DNA of 64,000 bases from a virus (IMGVR_UViG_3300005613_000006:64001-128000); one strand, 5' to 3'; shown: positions 55,455 through 63,837, numbered from the stretch's first letter. A program made the numbers and translations. Notes: generated by a model not told the origin, from the letters alone.

Positions 55455-56010
55455 TCCATCTGTGAACACGGTAGTGAACCGCTTCACCCGCTTTGTCCCT
55501 GTTGTTGGGCGCTACCCCTCGCAACAGCACGACACTAGAGTGACACCTGTTCTGGGGTTCTCTCAGTGTAGTTGCAAGCTACCCTTGAGTCACTCCACAC
55601 AATCCTGCCACCCTCGGGCGGTAGCCGGTCTGTGTCCCTTTCGGGTTGGCGGTCTCGCCTTTCGGCTTGACCCGTAGACACTTCCAGTTGTCACACCCGC
55701 ATTTTAGGGGTTACCCCCATTTCCCGAGACTTGTTTATCTATTGCATAAATAGTCTGTAATCCGGTACTTCTGATAAATACGGAAAATCCACTATTCCTT
55801 CCAGTAGTATTCCATGAAAGGCCATGACTCTTACGTTCCGGCTACTCGGGCATTTCGTGGCACCCATACCACTTATCACCCACGCTACACGTTCCGTTGC
55901 CTGGGGTGTAACCCAGCCGTCAGAAACACGCTCTCGCATATTGGTCGGCAAGCCGACCGCCGTTCGCCCCGGTTAGGCAGAACAGTTTGAAAACCCTGCG
56001 ACAAAGGGTT
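55455..56010 (-). ncRNA. large structured ncRNA, GOLLD/ROOL-like candidate
   Basis: No credible ORF; more than 10 hairpins, several with GNRA loops; inside tRNA array. Confidence 0.6.
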
Positions 56011-56013
56011 TAG

Positions 56014-56084
56014 AGACAGCAGGGGGAATCGAACCCTCAAGTTACGGTGTTGCAGACCGCACGCCCGCCATGAGCATCACTGTC
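56014..56084 (-). tRNA. tRNA-Cys(GCA)
   Basis: GCGGT-CTGCAAC-ACCGT; U73. Confidence 0.85.
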
Positions 56085-56113
56085 TTATTCTTTCAGGCAG
56101 CTTTGCTGCCCAG

Positions 56114-56184
56114 TACGGGTACTCGGAATTGCACCGAGACCAACAGCTTGGAAGGCTGTCGTGCTGCTATTACACCACACCCGC
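56114..56184 (-). tRNA. tRNA-Gly(TCC)
   Basis: ACAGC-CTTCCAA-GCTGT. Confidence 0.88.
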
Positions 56185-56190
56185 ATATTG

Positions 56191-56287
56191 CCTACTTTCC
56201 AAGACCTAACACTGGATAAGGGTATTTCACCTTACCCAGGGTTTGCCCGAACATGCGTCGCTTATGTACCTTAGCGTAGAAAGTAAG
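56191..56287 (-). ncRNA. small structured RNA candidate
   Basis: Terminal stem CTTACTTTCT/GGAAAGTAGG; inner CTGGGTAAGG/CCTTATCCAG. Confidence 0.4.
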
Positions 56288-56289
56288 AG

Positions 56290-56361
56290 TGGCTCCCTTC
56301 GGACTTGAACCGAAACCTAACGCCTTAAGAGGGCGCAATGCTACATTGACACCAGAGAGCC
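56290..56361 (-). tRNA. tRNA-Lys(CTT)
   Basis: GCGCC-CTCTTAA-GGCGT. Confidence 0.88.
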
Positions 56362-56808
56362 TTTGATTTTACATAAATGTTTTTTGTATACCTTTACCAA
56401 TCCAGCGTGGACTTTACGATGACAGTTAGCACAAATAACTGCGCACTTTCTGATTTCATCAAACACCTTGGGGCTTTTGTTGCGTGTCATTCGAGACACG
56501 CTTTGTTCCTTTTTGGTACTGTCTAGGTGATGAAAGTCTAAACATACAGGCTCGTTCTCACCACATAAACAACAAGTATTATCTTGTTTGATGTCGTTGA
56601 TTCGCTGCACAAACTTTTGCCGTTGTTTAGCAGCCCGAAGCGATGCTCTCTTGTCTTGTTTTTCCAAACGCTGATAAGAAGCGATAGCACCTTGCTTGGC
56701 ACAAATTTTACAGTACGAATGTCGGCCATCTTTGGTCGAGGCATTTTTATAGAATTCCGTTAAGGGCTTGGTTGCCCCACATTTGCGGCATTGTTTTGAT
56801 GTTGTCAT
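56341..56808 (-). CDS. HNH endonuclease within tRNA array
   Basis: CRKCGATKPLTEFYK; LDFHHLD...CAVICANCHRKVH; last codons run into tRNA-Lys. Confidence 0.85.
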   Translation of the reverse strand: MTTSKQCRKCGATKPLTEFYKNASTKDGRHSYCKICAKQGAIASYQRLEKQDKRASLRAAKQRQKFVQRINDIKQDNTCCLCGENEPVCLDFHHLDSTKKEQSVSRMTRNKSPKVFDEIRKCAVICANCHRKVHAGLVKVYKKHLCKIKGSLVSM

Positions 56809-56830
56809 AGTAGAATCTTCTTTCTACTAT

Positions 56831-56844
56831 AATTATACACCAAA
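56831..56844 (-). promoter_or_regulatory. motif TTTGGTGTATAATT
   Basis: Upstream of HNH 56808. Confidence 0.72.
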
Positions 56845-56873
56845 AATGTTAAAAGCCTCAACAAAATTCTAAG

Positions 56874-56946
56874 TGGACCCACTCGGAGTCGAACCGAGAT
56901 ACCTTGATTAAAAGTCAAGAATGTTAACCATTGACATTATAGGTCC
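56874..56946 (-). tRNA. tRNA-Lys(TTT)
   Basis: CTTGA-CTTTTAA-TCAAG. Confidence 0.9.
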
Positions 56947-56947
56947 G

Positions 56948-57020
56948 AGGCGGGTACAGGAGTCGAGCCTGTGGCTCAGGGTTATGAACCCTGCATGTTT
57001 ACTACCTACACTAACCCGCT
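56948..57020 (-). tRNA. initiator-type tRNA-fMet(CAT)
   Basis: CAGGG-TTCATAA-CCCTG (3 G-C pairs), 1:72 mismatch. Confidence 0.82.
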
Positions 57021-57025
57021 TCAAG

Positions 57026-57098
57026 TAGGTCGTCAGGGAGTCGAACCCCGCCCTTGAAACCTTATAAGAGTTTCTGGCACCACCGATGCCCACGACCC
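57026..57098 (-). tRNA. tRNA-Ile(TAT)
   Basis: AAACT-CTTATAA-GGTTT; canonical T-arm. Confidence 0.8.
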
Positions 57099-57100
57099 AT

Positions 57101-57359
57101 ACGCACACGCTAAACTCTACGTCCCAATGGATTACGAACGCAAAACCGTGTGCGTCGATGGCATTCGCCATCCAAAGAGTCCTGACTGGTTCGCCTTCTG
57201 TGTTTATCCCTTGCAGCAACCCATAGGTGTCGCTTCAACTGCAAGGCCCAGTATCTCTCACCGTACATCTCAGGGCTGTTGCCAACCACGTTCGTCAGCT
57301 TACACCCAGGCTTTCGAGGCCCCCATCGGAAGACTACGGACTGCCGTTTTCTGGACTCA
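57101..57359 (-). ncRNA. ~260-nt structured RNA candidate
   Basis: GAGTCC/GGACTC, CCTTGCAG/CTGCAAGG, GATGGC/GCCATC, ACGCACACG/CGTGTGCGT stems. Confidence 0.5.
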
Positions 57360-57360
57360 G

Positions 57361-57428
57361 TGGAGCGACGGGGACTCGAACCCCGCCTCCGACCGTGCAA
57401 AGGTCAGGTCTAGCCCTCTAGCCACCCC
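57361..57428 (-). tRNA. tRNA-Ala(TGC), short D-arm
   Basis: G3-U70; TGACC-TTTGCAC-GGTCG; 68 nt. Confidence 0.82.
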
Positions 57429-57449
57429 TTTTTGCTCGTCGTACAAGGT

Positions 57450-57477
57450 ATTATACACCGGGAATTCGGTTTGTCAA
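57450..57477 (-). promoter_or_regulatory. promoter TTGACA-N16-TATAAT (CGGTGTATAAT variant) heading main tRNA array
   Basis: Consensus hexamers about 20 nt upstream of tRNA-Ala. Confidence 0.8.
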
Positions 57478-58103
57478 CCAACTTTTTGAAGATTTTCATG
57501 GACAAACCAAGCATCCCAGCCAACTTCCCTCATCCAGGTGTATCCCTTATCCCTCAGAAAAGTGGTAATATCCTCCAAATACTTGCGGTCTCGCCCCTCA
57601 TGGCAGTTGTGTTCCACGGTGATAATTCCAAACACCCAGGTCCAGTCGTAGGATTTCAGAATGTCTAGCTCCGAGCCCTCTGTGTCGATGGACAGGTAGT
57701 TAACGTAGGAAGGAGCGCCGTGTTCGGCCAGGAGGTCATGTAACGTGACGCACGGAATCTCCACTTCCCTCCCAAACTGCTGTCTTTCTTTCTGATACGG
57801 CTGGTCGAGGTCAACAAACTCTGAAATGGTGGAGCAAACACCACCAGAAAAATCAACCTCGGTGAACTTCACGGTTCCGTTGTGGGTCCACACAGCCCGC
57901 TTGTCCCTCTTGCATGTACGCCCGAACTTGTCGTATTGTTCGTCGTTTATCAACGGGTCCACGCAAATTCCTTGCCACCCCGCCTCGTCTAACAAAAACG
58001 AGTTGCTGAAATGCTCCGCATGGCTTGCGCCGACCTCCACATAGAAGCCCTCGTTCCCTACTTTCTCCAACACGAACTTGTCCTGTCCTAACTGACTAGG
58101 CAT
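57474..58103 (-). CDS. FkbM family methyltransferase
   Basis: SQLGQD, YVEVGA, LSIDTEGSE, ITVEHN. Confidence 0.88.
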   Translation of the reverse strand: MPSQLGQDKFVLEKVGNEGFYVEVGASHAEHFSNSFLLDEAGWQGICVDPLINDEQYDKFGRTCKRDKRAVWTHNGTVKFTEVDFSGGVCSTISEFVDLDQPYQKERQQFGREVEIPCVTLHDLLAEHGAPSYVNYLSIDTEGSELDILKSYDWTWVFGIITVEHNCHEGRDRKYLEDITTFLRDKGYTWMREVGWDAWFVHENLQKVG

Positions 58104-58719
58104 AACCCTTCTCCTTTAACCAAGGTCCAAAGGTGTCTTCAATCTGTTCTATCAACTTAGGGCTTAGAACTTCCTTGTAGTACCCAGGCACTCGCTTGGT
58201 GAAGTGTTGATGATGCAGCAAGTTCGTACTGTCATAGGTCGCGCTTGAATACTTGGAATGTTCCATGTCTTGCACAGCCCTCGCTATTGCCTGCGGTTCA
58301 CACCACAAGCCCATAACTTCGGCAATACTTTCAATCAACGAAACAGGCTCTCCTATCAGAAGTCGATACTCAAACTCGAACGTAGACAGGGGCCTGTAGT
58401 ATTCGTATCCCTCAACAGCGCTGTGTAATGCCCCTATTACATTGCTGGCGTTTACCCACTTCTTGAGCATGAGCGAGGCCGCAACGTCCCTCAAGTCGCG
58501 ATAGCAAGTAAAAATGACCGAACCCTCTACCAACTTAGGGGTCTTGTCATGCACCTTGATTACAGCCGCCTCAAAGTTTGCGCGCCAATCTGCCTGGAAA
58601 CTGGTGACGTATCCAACATGCACTGGGTCATAATGCTGCTCTGTCAACAGCCTCACGACGTTGTACAACCAAGTGCTGCCGCTTCGCGACATGCCAGCAC
58701 ATAGATACATTGGTTTCAT
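58096..58719 (-). CDS. sulfotransferase-like protein
   Basis: GMSRSGSTWL, KVH, YRDLRDVAAS. Confidence 0.8.
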   Translation of the reverse strand: MKPMYLCAGMSRSGSTWLYNVVRLLTEQHYDPVHVGYVTSFQADWRANFEAAVIKVHDKTPKLVEGSVIFTCYRDLRDVAASLMLKKWVNASNVIGALHSAVEGYEYYRPLSTFEFEYRLLIGEPVSLIESIAEVMGLWCEPQAIARAVQDMEHSKYSSATYDSTNLLHHQHFTKRVPGYYKEVLSPKLIEQIEDTFGPWLKEKGYA

Positions 58720-58722
58720 AAG

Positions 58723-58795
58723 TACCCCGAGCAGGACTCGAACCTGCGGTCTTCGGATTAGGAATCCGCTGCGTTATCCTCTACGCCACCGGGGC
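58723..58795 (-). tRNA. tRNA-Arg(CCT)
   Basis: Loop TTCCTAA; canonical D and T arms. Confidence 0.9.
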
Positions 58796-59033
58796 GTTGG
58801 TTTTTCAGAAGTTCTTTCATCTGTCTGTCTGCTTCCAGAGACATAACAAGGTCTACCGCGCTCTGGTAGATTTCATCTCCATACGTCTTACGAAGTATGT
58901 CATGCAAAATTCCACCGGCCTTGCCGAGAAATTCGGCATGAGTCCACATACTGGTCCCGCCGTTGTTGTCGATAACATGCGTCTTAGTTACCGTCAGCGT
59001 TCCGTGTTTCGTGTGCCAAATCTGTGGTTTCAT
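58758..59033 (-). CDS. hypothetical protein (3' end overlaps tRNA-Arg)
   Basis: ORF tiling. Confidence 0.55.
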   Translation of the reverse strand: MKPQIWHTKHGTLTVTKTHVIDNNGGTSMWTHAEFLGKAGGILHDILRKTYGDEIYQSAVDLVMSLEADRQMKELLKNQRPGGVEDNAADS

Positions 59034-59868
59034 TTTGCAACATCCTGAGAATGTGGTTATACGTTGCTTCTAGTGTGAAGTATTCCGGCCACACTTCTCT
59101 CACCCTCTCTTGCTTGCGAGCAATGTCGGCGCTGGTATGACTCCTCAATATGTCAGGCAGCCTGTCAATATCATCTATGTGACATTGAACACTGAACTCG
59201 CACCAATTCAAAACGTCAGCGTAAGGAAGCCATAACACATCGTAGATGTAAACTGGTATAGCTCCGTAGGCCAGTGCCTCGCATATACGAAATGAAGTTC
59301 TTCCATATCCGCGTGGGCACAGCGCGAAAATACACTTGCCCATTCTGTGCAAGGGGTCATGCTTAGTATCTTTGATGGAGAAATCTGAGAGCCCCTTCAA
59401 CGCCTCGTTCATGCGCCCCCGAACACCAGTCCGGTTGTTAGGAGGGTTTTTGATATGTCCAGCAAAGTAAGCAAATACATCTCGGTCTCCTTTAACCGGG
59501 ACGGTAACGATGTTGTACGTCAGAGGAATCGGTATATCCCCTTTGCCACCAGCTCCAAAAACCAACAAGTTTTCTGGGGGCTCCTCATACAAACCATCAT
59601 CGGCTTGTACTATAGTGAACGATGGTTCTGTGACCTGTTCGTTCATAAACTTTTGAAGTTCTCGACTGTACTCCTTGTTGGACCCAGGCCCAATGCCATA
59701 CTTGCAGTACACATGTGTCCAAAAGATTGGTAAGTAGTGACGCCGAATGTTGTCGGGCGGATTGTTCAGCCATCGCTCGTAGAAATAGTCTTCTATCTTT
59801 GGACCCACCTTTGGGTATCCTCGACACATACGAGACAATTCACGAAATCTGCCCAATGTATCAATCAT
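58984..59868 (-). CDS. exostosin-like GT47 glycosyltransferase
   Basis: FALCPRGYGRTSFRICEALAYGAIPVYI. Confidence 0.85.
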   Translation of the reverse strand: MIDTLGRFRELSRMCRGYPKVGPKIEDYFYERWLNNPPDNIRRHYLPIFWTHVYCKYGIGPGSNKEYSRELQKFMNEQVTEPSFTIVQADDGLYEEPPENLLVFGAGGKGDIPIPLTYNIVTVPVKGDRDVFAYFAGHIKNPPNNRTGVRGRMNEALKGLSDFSIKDTKHDPLHRMGKCIFALCPRGYGRTSFRICEALAYGAIPVYIYDVLWLPYADVLNWCEFSVQCHIDDIDRLPDILRSHTSADIARKQERVREVWPEYFTLEATYNHILRMLQNETTDLAHETRNADGN

Positions 59869-59905
59869 AGTAATCTCCTATAGCCGGGATTCTGTGGTAG
59901 CTACG

Positions 59906-60124
59906 CTACCGCTCAACATTTATCTTAGCACCTACCCGAGCATCATCGGCCTGTTCATCGCCTAGCTCTGTTTGGCTTGCACCCTCGGTAGTGCAGTCGG
60001 ATGCTGGATGGCGTAACAAGAACATTTCTTTAGCAGCTTCTTCGTCGTACCCCCCTCCGAAACAATCGTCAAAAGAGTCTTCCAACATGTCAGCAAGTTT
60101 ACATCTTGATAATGCCATCAGCAT
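59906..60124 (-). CDS. hypothetical protein
   Basis: GGAGG RBS. Confidence 0.5.
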   Translation of the reverse strand: MLMALSRCKLADMLEDSFDDCFGGGYDEEAAKEMFLLRHPASDCTTEGASQTELGDEQADDARVGAKINVER

Positions 60125-60190
60125 CCTCCTACCTTAAACAGTGGTGTCCTGAGCTTCCTGTAGGGCTACGCCCCACCGTTGAGCCAGAGA

Positions 60191-60499
60191 TTATCTGCGT
60201 GGTTGTGCCTGTTGTCTGTACTGCCACTTCCACCATCGCGCTCTCGCATACGGTCTCCAAACTGGTGGCGCGTATGGATAGCGTGGTACTACCTGTGGTG
60301 GCACCGGCCCAGGCTGGTAGAGCCAGGGTCGAATCCACGGACGGTATGGGTATGGGGCCACGTATGGCTGCGCGTATGGCTGGCCGTAGTATGGTCCCGG
60401 CTGTGGGCCTTGCGGAGCCTGTGGCTCTTGTGCGTCAACAACGCCACATAGCCCAATGCAAAGCAGCACGGCTGCTACGATTGCTAGAATGTTTTTCAT
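60191..60499 (-). CDS. secreted Pro/Tyr/Trp/Arg-rich protein
   Basis: Signal peptide ending VDA; QPY/PYRPW repeats. Confidence 0.65.
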   Translation of the reverse strand: MKNILAIVAAVLLCIGLCGVVDAQEPQAPQGPQPGPYYGQPYAQPYVAPYPYRPWIRPWLYQPGPVPPQVVPRYPYAPPVWRPYARARWWKWQYRQQAQPRR

Positions 60500-60711
60500 G
60501 GGTTCTTACTCCGTTCAAACTGTGTAATACAATCTTCTATTGTCGGTCCTATAAAGCTACGCACTTCTGCGCATTGATATGTGCCATCTGGTCGCCTAAT
60601 AGGTTTAGGCAGATTGCGCCAGATGCGCAACATCATATCGTTTCCTTGGGTCGGTGGGTCGTAGAAGATTCCCCACGACCATCCTTTTGGTACTTGTATC
60701 TTGATACTCAT
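60496..60711 (-). CDS. hypothetical protein
   Basis: ATG 2 nt after tRNA-Leu discriminator. Confidence 0.55.
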   Translation of the reverse strand: MSIKIQVPKGWSWGIFYDPPTQGNDMMLRIWRNLPKPIRRPDGTYQCAEVRSFIGPTIEDCITQFERSKNP

Positions 60712-60713
60712 AG

Positions 60714-60797
<84 letters not shown>

Positions 60798-60799
60798 AT

Positions 60800-61414
60800 T
60801 CACTTCGCTCTAACTAGATTGTCAATATCTCCATGTTTCCCAGGCAAAATGTAGATTACACCACGACGCCTACCAATAGCTTTGTCGTTATAATAGTGTG
60901 TGAAATTTTCTCCATAAATACCAACAACACTATCTCTGATATAGTGCCAATCTAAGCGACACTGCTTTTGTGCGCGAGGACATCTGTGTGCATCAAAGCC
61001 AAATCCACGGTATGGATTATGTATATCGTGTATTACTATAACTGAGTTGTCTTCTTTGTGCTTAGCAATCACATCTAGTTCATCTAACAAGGGCCAATCT
61101 GTTCGGTCGTGTGCGTCCAAGTAAAACAAAACAGGACGCTGGGTCTTCTCGTCAGACAAGATTTGCCCCAAAACAAATTGAGATGAGCCATGTTCAGCAT
61201 TGATGTTTTTATGGCCAAGGTCGTTGAAAAACTTTTGGGCCTCACAAAAATATCCCCTGTGCTTTTCAATGGTACACACCACAGGAACCATCTTTGCTAA
61301 GGCAACTGCGGTATGTCCTTTATCAGTTCCAGTTTCAACAATAGTTTGAATATCGAACTGGCAAACTAGCTTTTCAATGCTGTATCCTATGTGTGTGTCA
61401 TCTTCAAATGCCAT
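60800..61414 (-). CDS. class I SAM methyltransferase
   Basis: IVETGTDKG, FYLDAH, VIHD. Confidence 0.8.
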   Translation of the reverse strand: MAFEDDTHIGYSIEKLVCQFDIQTIVETGTDKGHTAVALAKMVPVVCTIEKHRGYFCEAQKFFNDLGHKNINAEHGSSQFVLGQILSDEKTQRPVLFYLDAHDRTDWPLLDELDVIAKHKEDNSVIVIHDIHNPYRGFGFDAHRCPRAQKQCRLDWHYIRDSVVGIYGENFTHYYNDKAIGRRRGVIYILPGKHGDIDNLVRAK

Positions 61415-61607
61415 TTTGCGGCCCTTCTTTGATTGTATAATTAGAGATTTTTGTACACGAAATAAACTCGCGAACTTGTTCTAGTGTGAGTTGGTAGTCT
61501 TTGTTGTCGAGTCTTATTGATGTATTGACGCAATGAGGACACCTACACTGACATGCTGAACACACCTCAAACTTCATGTTGGGAATAACGCACATTGCAA
61601 TCTCCAA
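61404..61607 (-). pseudogene. truncated radical SAM-like ORF
   Basis: EVCSACQCRCPHC motif, only 67 aa. Confidence 0.55.
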
Positions 61608-61611
61608 TCAG

Positions 61612-61686
61612 TGGGCCATACTGGATTTGAACCAGCGACTTCCGCGATGTCAACGCGACACTCTAACCGGACTGAGTTAACGGCCC
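61612..61686 (-). tRNA. tRNA-Val(GAC)
   Basis: TCGCG-TTGACAT-CGCGG; canonical arms. Confidence 0.92.
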
Positions 61687-62489
61687 TACTGTACCCCTAA
61701 TATACTCTTACACCATTCTTTCCCGAAATGTGACCGGCAGAAGGCTCTCAGATTAGCCCCGTCTGGGCTCTGTCGCAGCCGTCCGAGCGTTTCTTTGGCA
61801 AATGAGGGGTTAATTACCTTGGAGCCCTGCGCTTTTAATAGAAGGGCTCTGGCGCGTTCACAGTGCCAGCGTATAAAAGTGGTCAACTCGGGGTCTTTAC
61901 CCCCCTCTAGCTGGGTAAGGACCAGAGCATAGTTGGTGAACTGAACCATCTTCTCAAGGTCGTGCCCGTAGCTCCGGTCGCCTCGTCGTAGCAATCCCTT
62001 CTCTTCCAGGTCAAGTATCGCAGCCACTCCGTTGGTGTACGACACCCATTCATCCAACACATACAGAGGCTCGTTGTTCCAATACTGCGTCTGTTGTCTA
62101 AGGTACAGGTTGTATCCATTCCCTCGTAGTGAAGCCGGAACCTTTCCAGCTATCTGATTCAGTGTCATCTGAGGATGCGTCAACACACAAAGACGACCCT
62201 TCAAAACGTAGAGACAGGCTTTGCCTTGGAAATACTGCCTCCATTTACTGTTCAATCCATGTGTTGTTTCGTGTGTCCAGGTAATCTGGTCGCTGTCGGT
62301 ATAGATATGCCCGCGCGGCATCCGACTCTCTACGTCCCCAAGGACGGCCCCGAGATTCTCCGAAACTTTCCGGCTCGGTTCTATATTATACCAGCCCGTT
62401 TGCTTTTGTCCAGTGGCTCCTACGAAAATAAAGCCAAGTAGAACTAGGAGCAACAATGCTCCAAGATAGGTTGTACGGCGTTCTCCCAT
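61686..62489 (-). CDS. secreted/membrane-anchored HExxH metallopeptidase-like protein
   Basis: N-terminal hydrophobic helix; HETTH...LDEW. Confidence 0.6.
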   Translation of the reverse strand: MGERRTTYLGALLLLVLLGFIFVGATGQKQTGWYNIEPSRKVSENLGAVLGDVESRMPRGHIYTDSDQITWTHETTHGLNSKWRQYFQGKACLYVLKGRLCVLTHPQMTLNQIAGKVPASLRGNGYNLYLRQQTQYWNNEPLYVLDEWVSYTNGVAAILDLEEKGLLRRGDRSYGHDLEKMVQFTNYALVLTQLEGGKDPELTTFIRWHCERARALLLKAQGSKVINPSFAKETLGRLRQSPDGANLRAFCRSHFGKEWCKSILGVQ

Positions 62490-63532
62490 GAAAATGTCTC
62501 CGCTATGTCGATGCCCCGCTCATTGGGGGCAAGTTCTCTCTCCTGCTTTTGCCTATGTAGCTCCCTCATGTGAACTACCAACTGCTCAATCTCGGCCTCT
62601 CCTAGCTCGGCCCAGTTTCCACCACCACCCTTGAAGAATACTCCATCGAACGCTTCTTCTTTGTTGGGGGTATCTATACATCGACATACAGAGTCATCAA
62701 TGAAATCCATGTGTGCTGTGTTGAACGTGGCGATAGCATTCTTGCCACACGCCAGCATTTCCAGCAACTCCAAGTTCCAACCTTCGGCGCGAGCGGGCCA
62801 CACGCCCACATCAGCCTCTCGCATCTTCTTCGCTATGTCTACCTGTGTGCGTTGGCGTGGGAATATCTGAACCTTGCCAGCCCGGCCCATCTTGGACTTC
62901 ATGTACATGTCTTCCCACTCTGCCGTTTGCTCCTTGGTCAGGAACGGATTGCTGGGAATCATCCACAGTCGCACTCGGTCCTTGGGTTCAAATGCCCTGT
63001 TGAAGGCGTCAATCAGAACGTCGTGTCCCTTCCGAACCTCCCACTTCCCTATATTCAAAAACACCGTGTATGAGTACGGGTTCAATTCTGCCGGGAAGAA
63101 GATGGAGCGGTCCACGCCGAGCCCAGTGGTCACCACCAACGGGCAGTCGTCGCCAAGTTCGTTGCATACCGTATCAAACGCCCAGTTAGAACACACGAAC
63201 AACACATCCTGGTTACGTAGATGATGCTTCTCTTCATCGGTGAACTGGTCTAGCTCAAAGATGGGGAAGACACATCGCTTGCCAGTCCCACAGTGGTGGG
63301 CGAGGTCGTGCTGATGCCAGATTCTCAGGCTGTTGCCCTCGGGATAGAACGGTCGGTCCAAGCAGCGTTGCACCAGGGCAACGTCCTCTTGTGGGGGGTC
63401 AGTCTTGATACCATGAAAGACCGGCAAGTAAGACGGCTTCTTACCAGCCTTCACCAGTTGCTTCAAGACGTTCAGTCCAACTATGCCGTAGCCTAGCTGG
63501 TTAATCGGCGCTGTTAGGTTTATCATCGCCAT
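62444..63532 (-). CDS. GT4 family glycosyltransferase
   Basis: GKWEVRKGHD, PARAEGWNLELLEMLACGK. Confidence 0.88.
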   Translation of the reverse strand: MAMINLTAPINQLGYGIVGLNVLKQLVKAGKKPSYLPVFHGIKTDPPQEDVALVQRCLDRPFYPEGNSLRIWHQHDLAHHCGTGKRCVFPIFELDQFTDEEKHHLRNQDVLFVCSNWAFDTVCNELGDDCPLVVTTGLGVDRSIFFPAELNPYSYTVFLNIGKWEVRKGHDVLIDAFNRAFEPKDRVRLWMIPSNPFLTKEQTAEWEDMYMKSKMGRAGKVQIFPRQRTQVDIAKKMREADVGVWPARAEGWNLELLEMLACGKNAIATFNTAHMDFIDDSVCRCIDTPNKEEAFDGVFFKGGGGNWAELGEAEIEQLVVHMRELHRQKQERELAPNERGIDIAETFSWENAVQPILEHCCS

Positions 63533-63836
63533 CCTGCCTTGCCTCCTCTATCCTTTTGCGTGTAAAATCCAACGCCATTCGTTCTGCCAGCGACAAGCCG
63601 ACAACCTCGGCCAGAATCGTGAGTTCTTCTAGCGTACTCTCTGAGTCTAATCCAAAGTCATGCATATCACCCTTGGTTATTGCTTCCTCGCCCTCACCGG
63701 CCTTGGCAGCAAACTTCTTCGGACCCTCAATGACGATACCTTGTTTGATGGCCTTCTTCTTCGCGCCTGGGCCAGTGTAACACTTGCCTTCTTTGCCCCA
63801 GCGCCAGCCACCCTCTCCGCATCTCTGTAATGGCAT
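63501..63836 (-). CDS. hypothetical phage protein
   Basis: GGAGG RBS; GWRWGKEGKCYTG. Confidence 0.7.
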   Translation of the reverse strand: MPLQRCGEGGWRWGKEGKCYTGPGAKKKAIKQGIVIEGPKKFAAKAGEGEEAITKGDMHDFGLDSESTLEELTILAEVVGLSLAERMALDFTRKRIEEARQDGDDKPNSAD

Positions 63837-63837
63837 G

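Noticed and set aside
55455-56010. tmRNA or RNase P identity for the large RNA
   Set aside because: No alanyl-tRNA-like ends, tag frame or RNase P P4 consensus seen by eye; a covariance search is still needed.
55232-57489. Short ORFs over the tRNA/ncRNA region (55232, 55462, 55739, 56908, 57110, 57127)
   Set aside because: They overlap tRNAs or dense hairpins and have no RBS or protein motifs.
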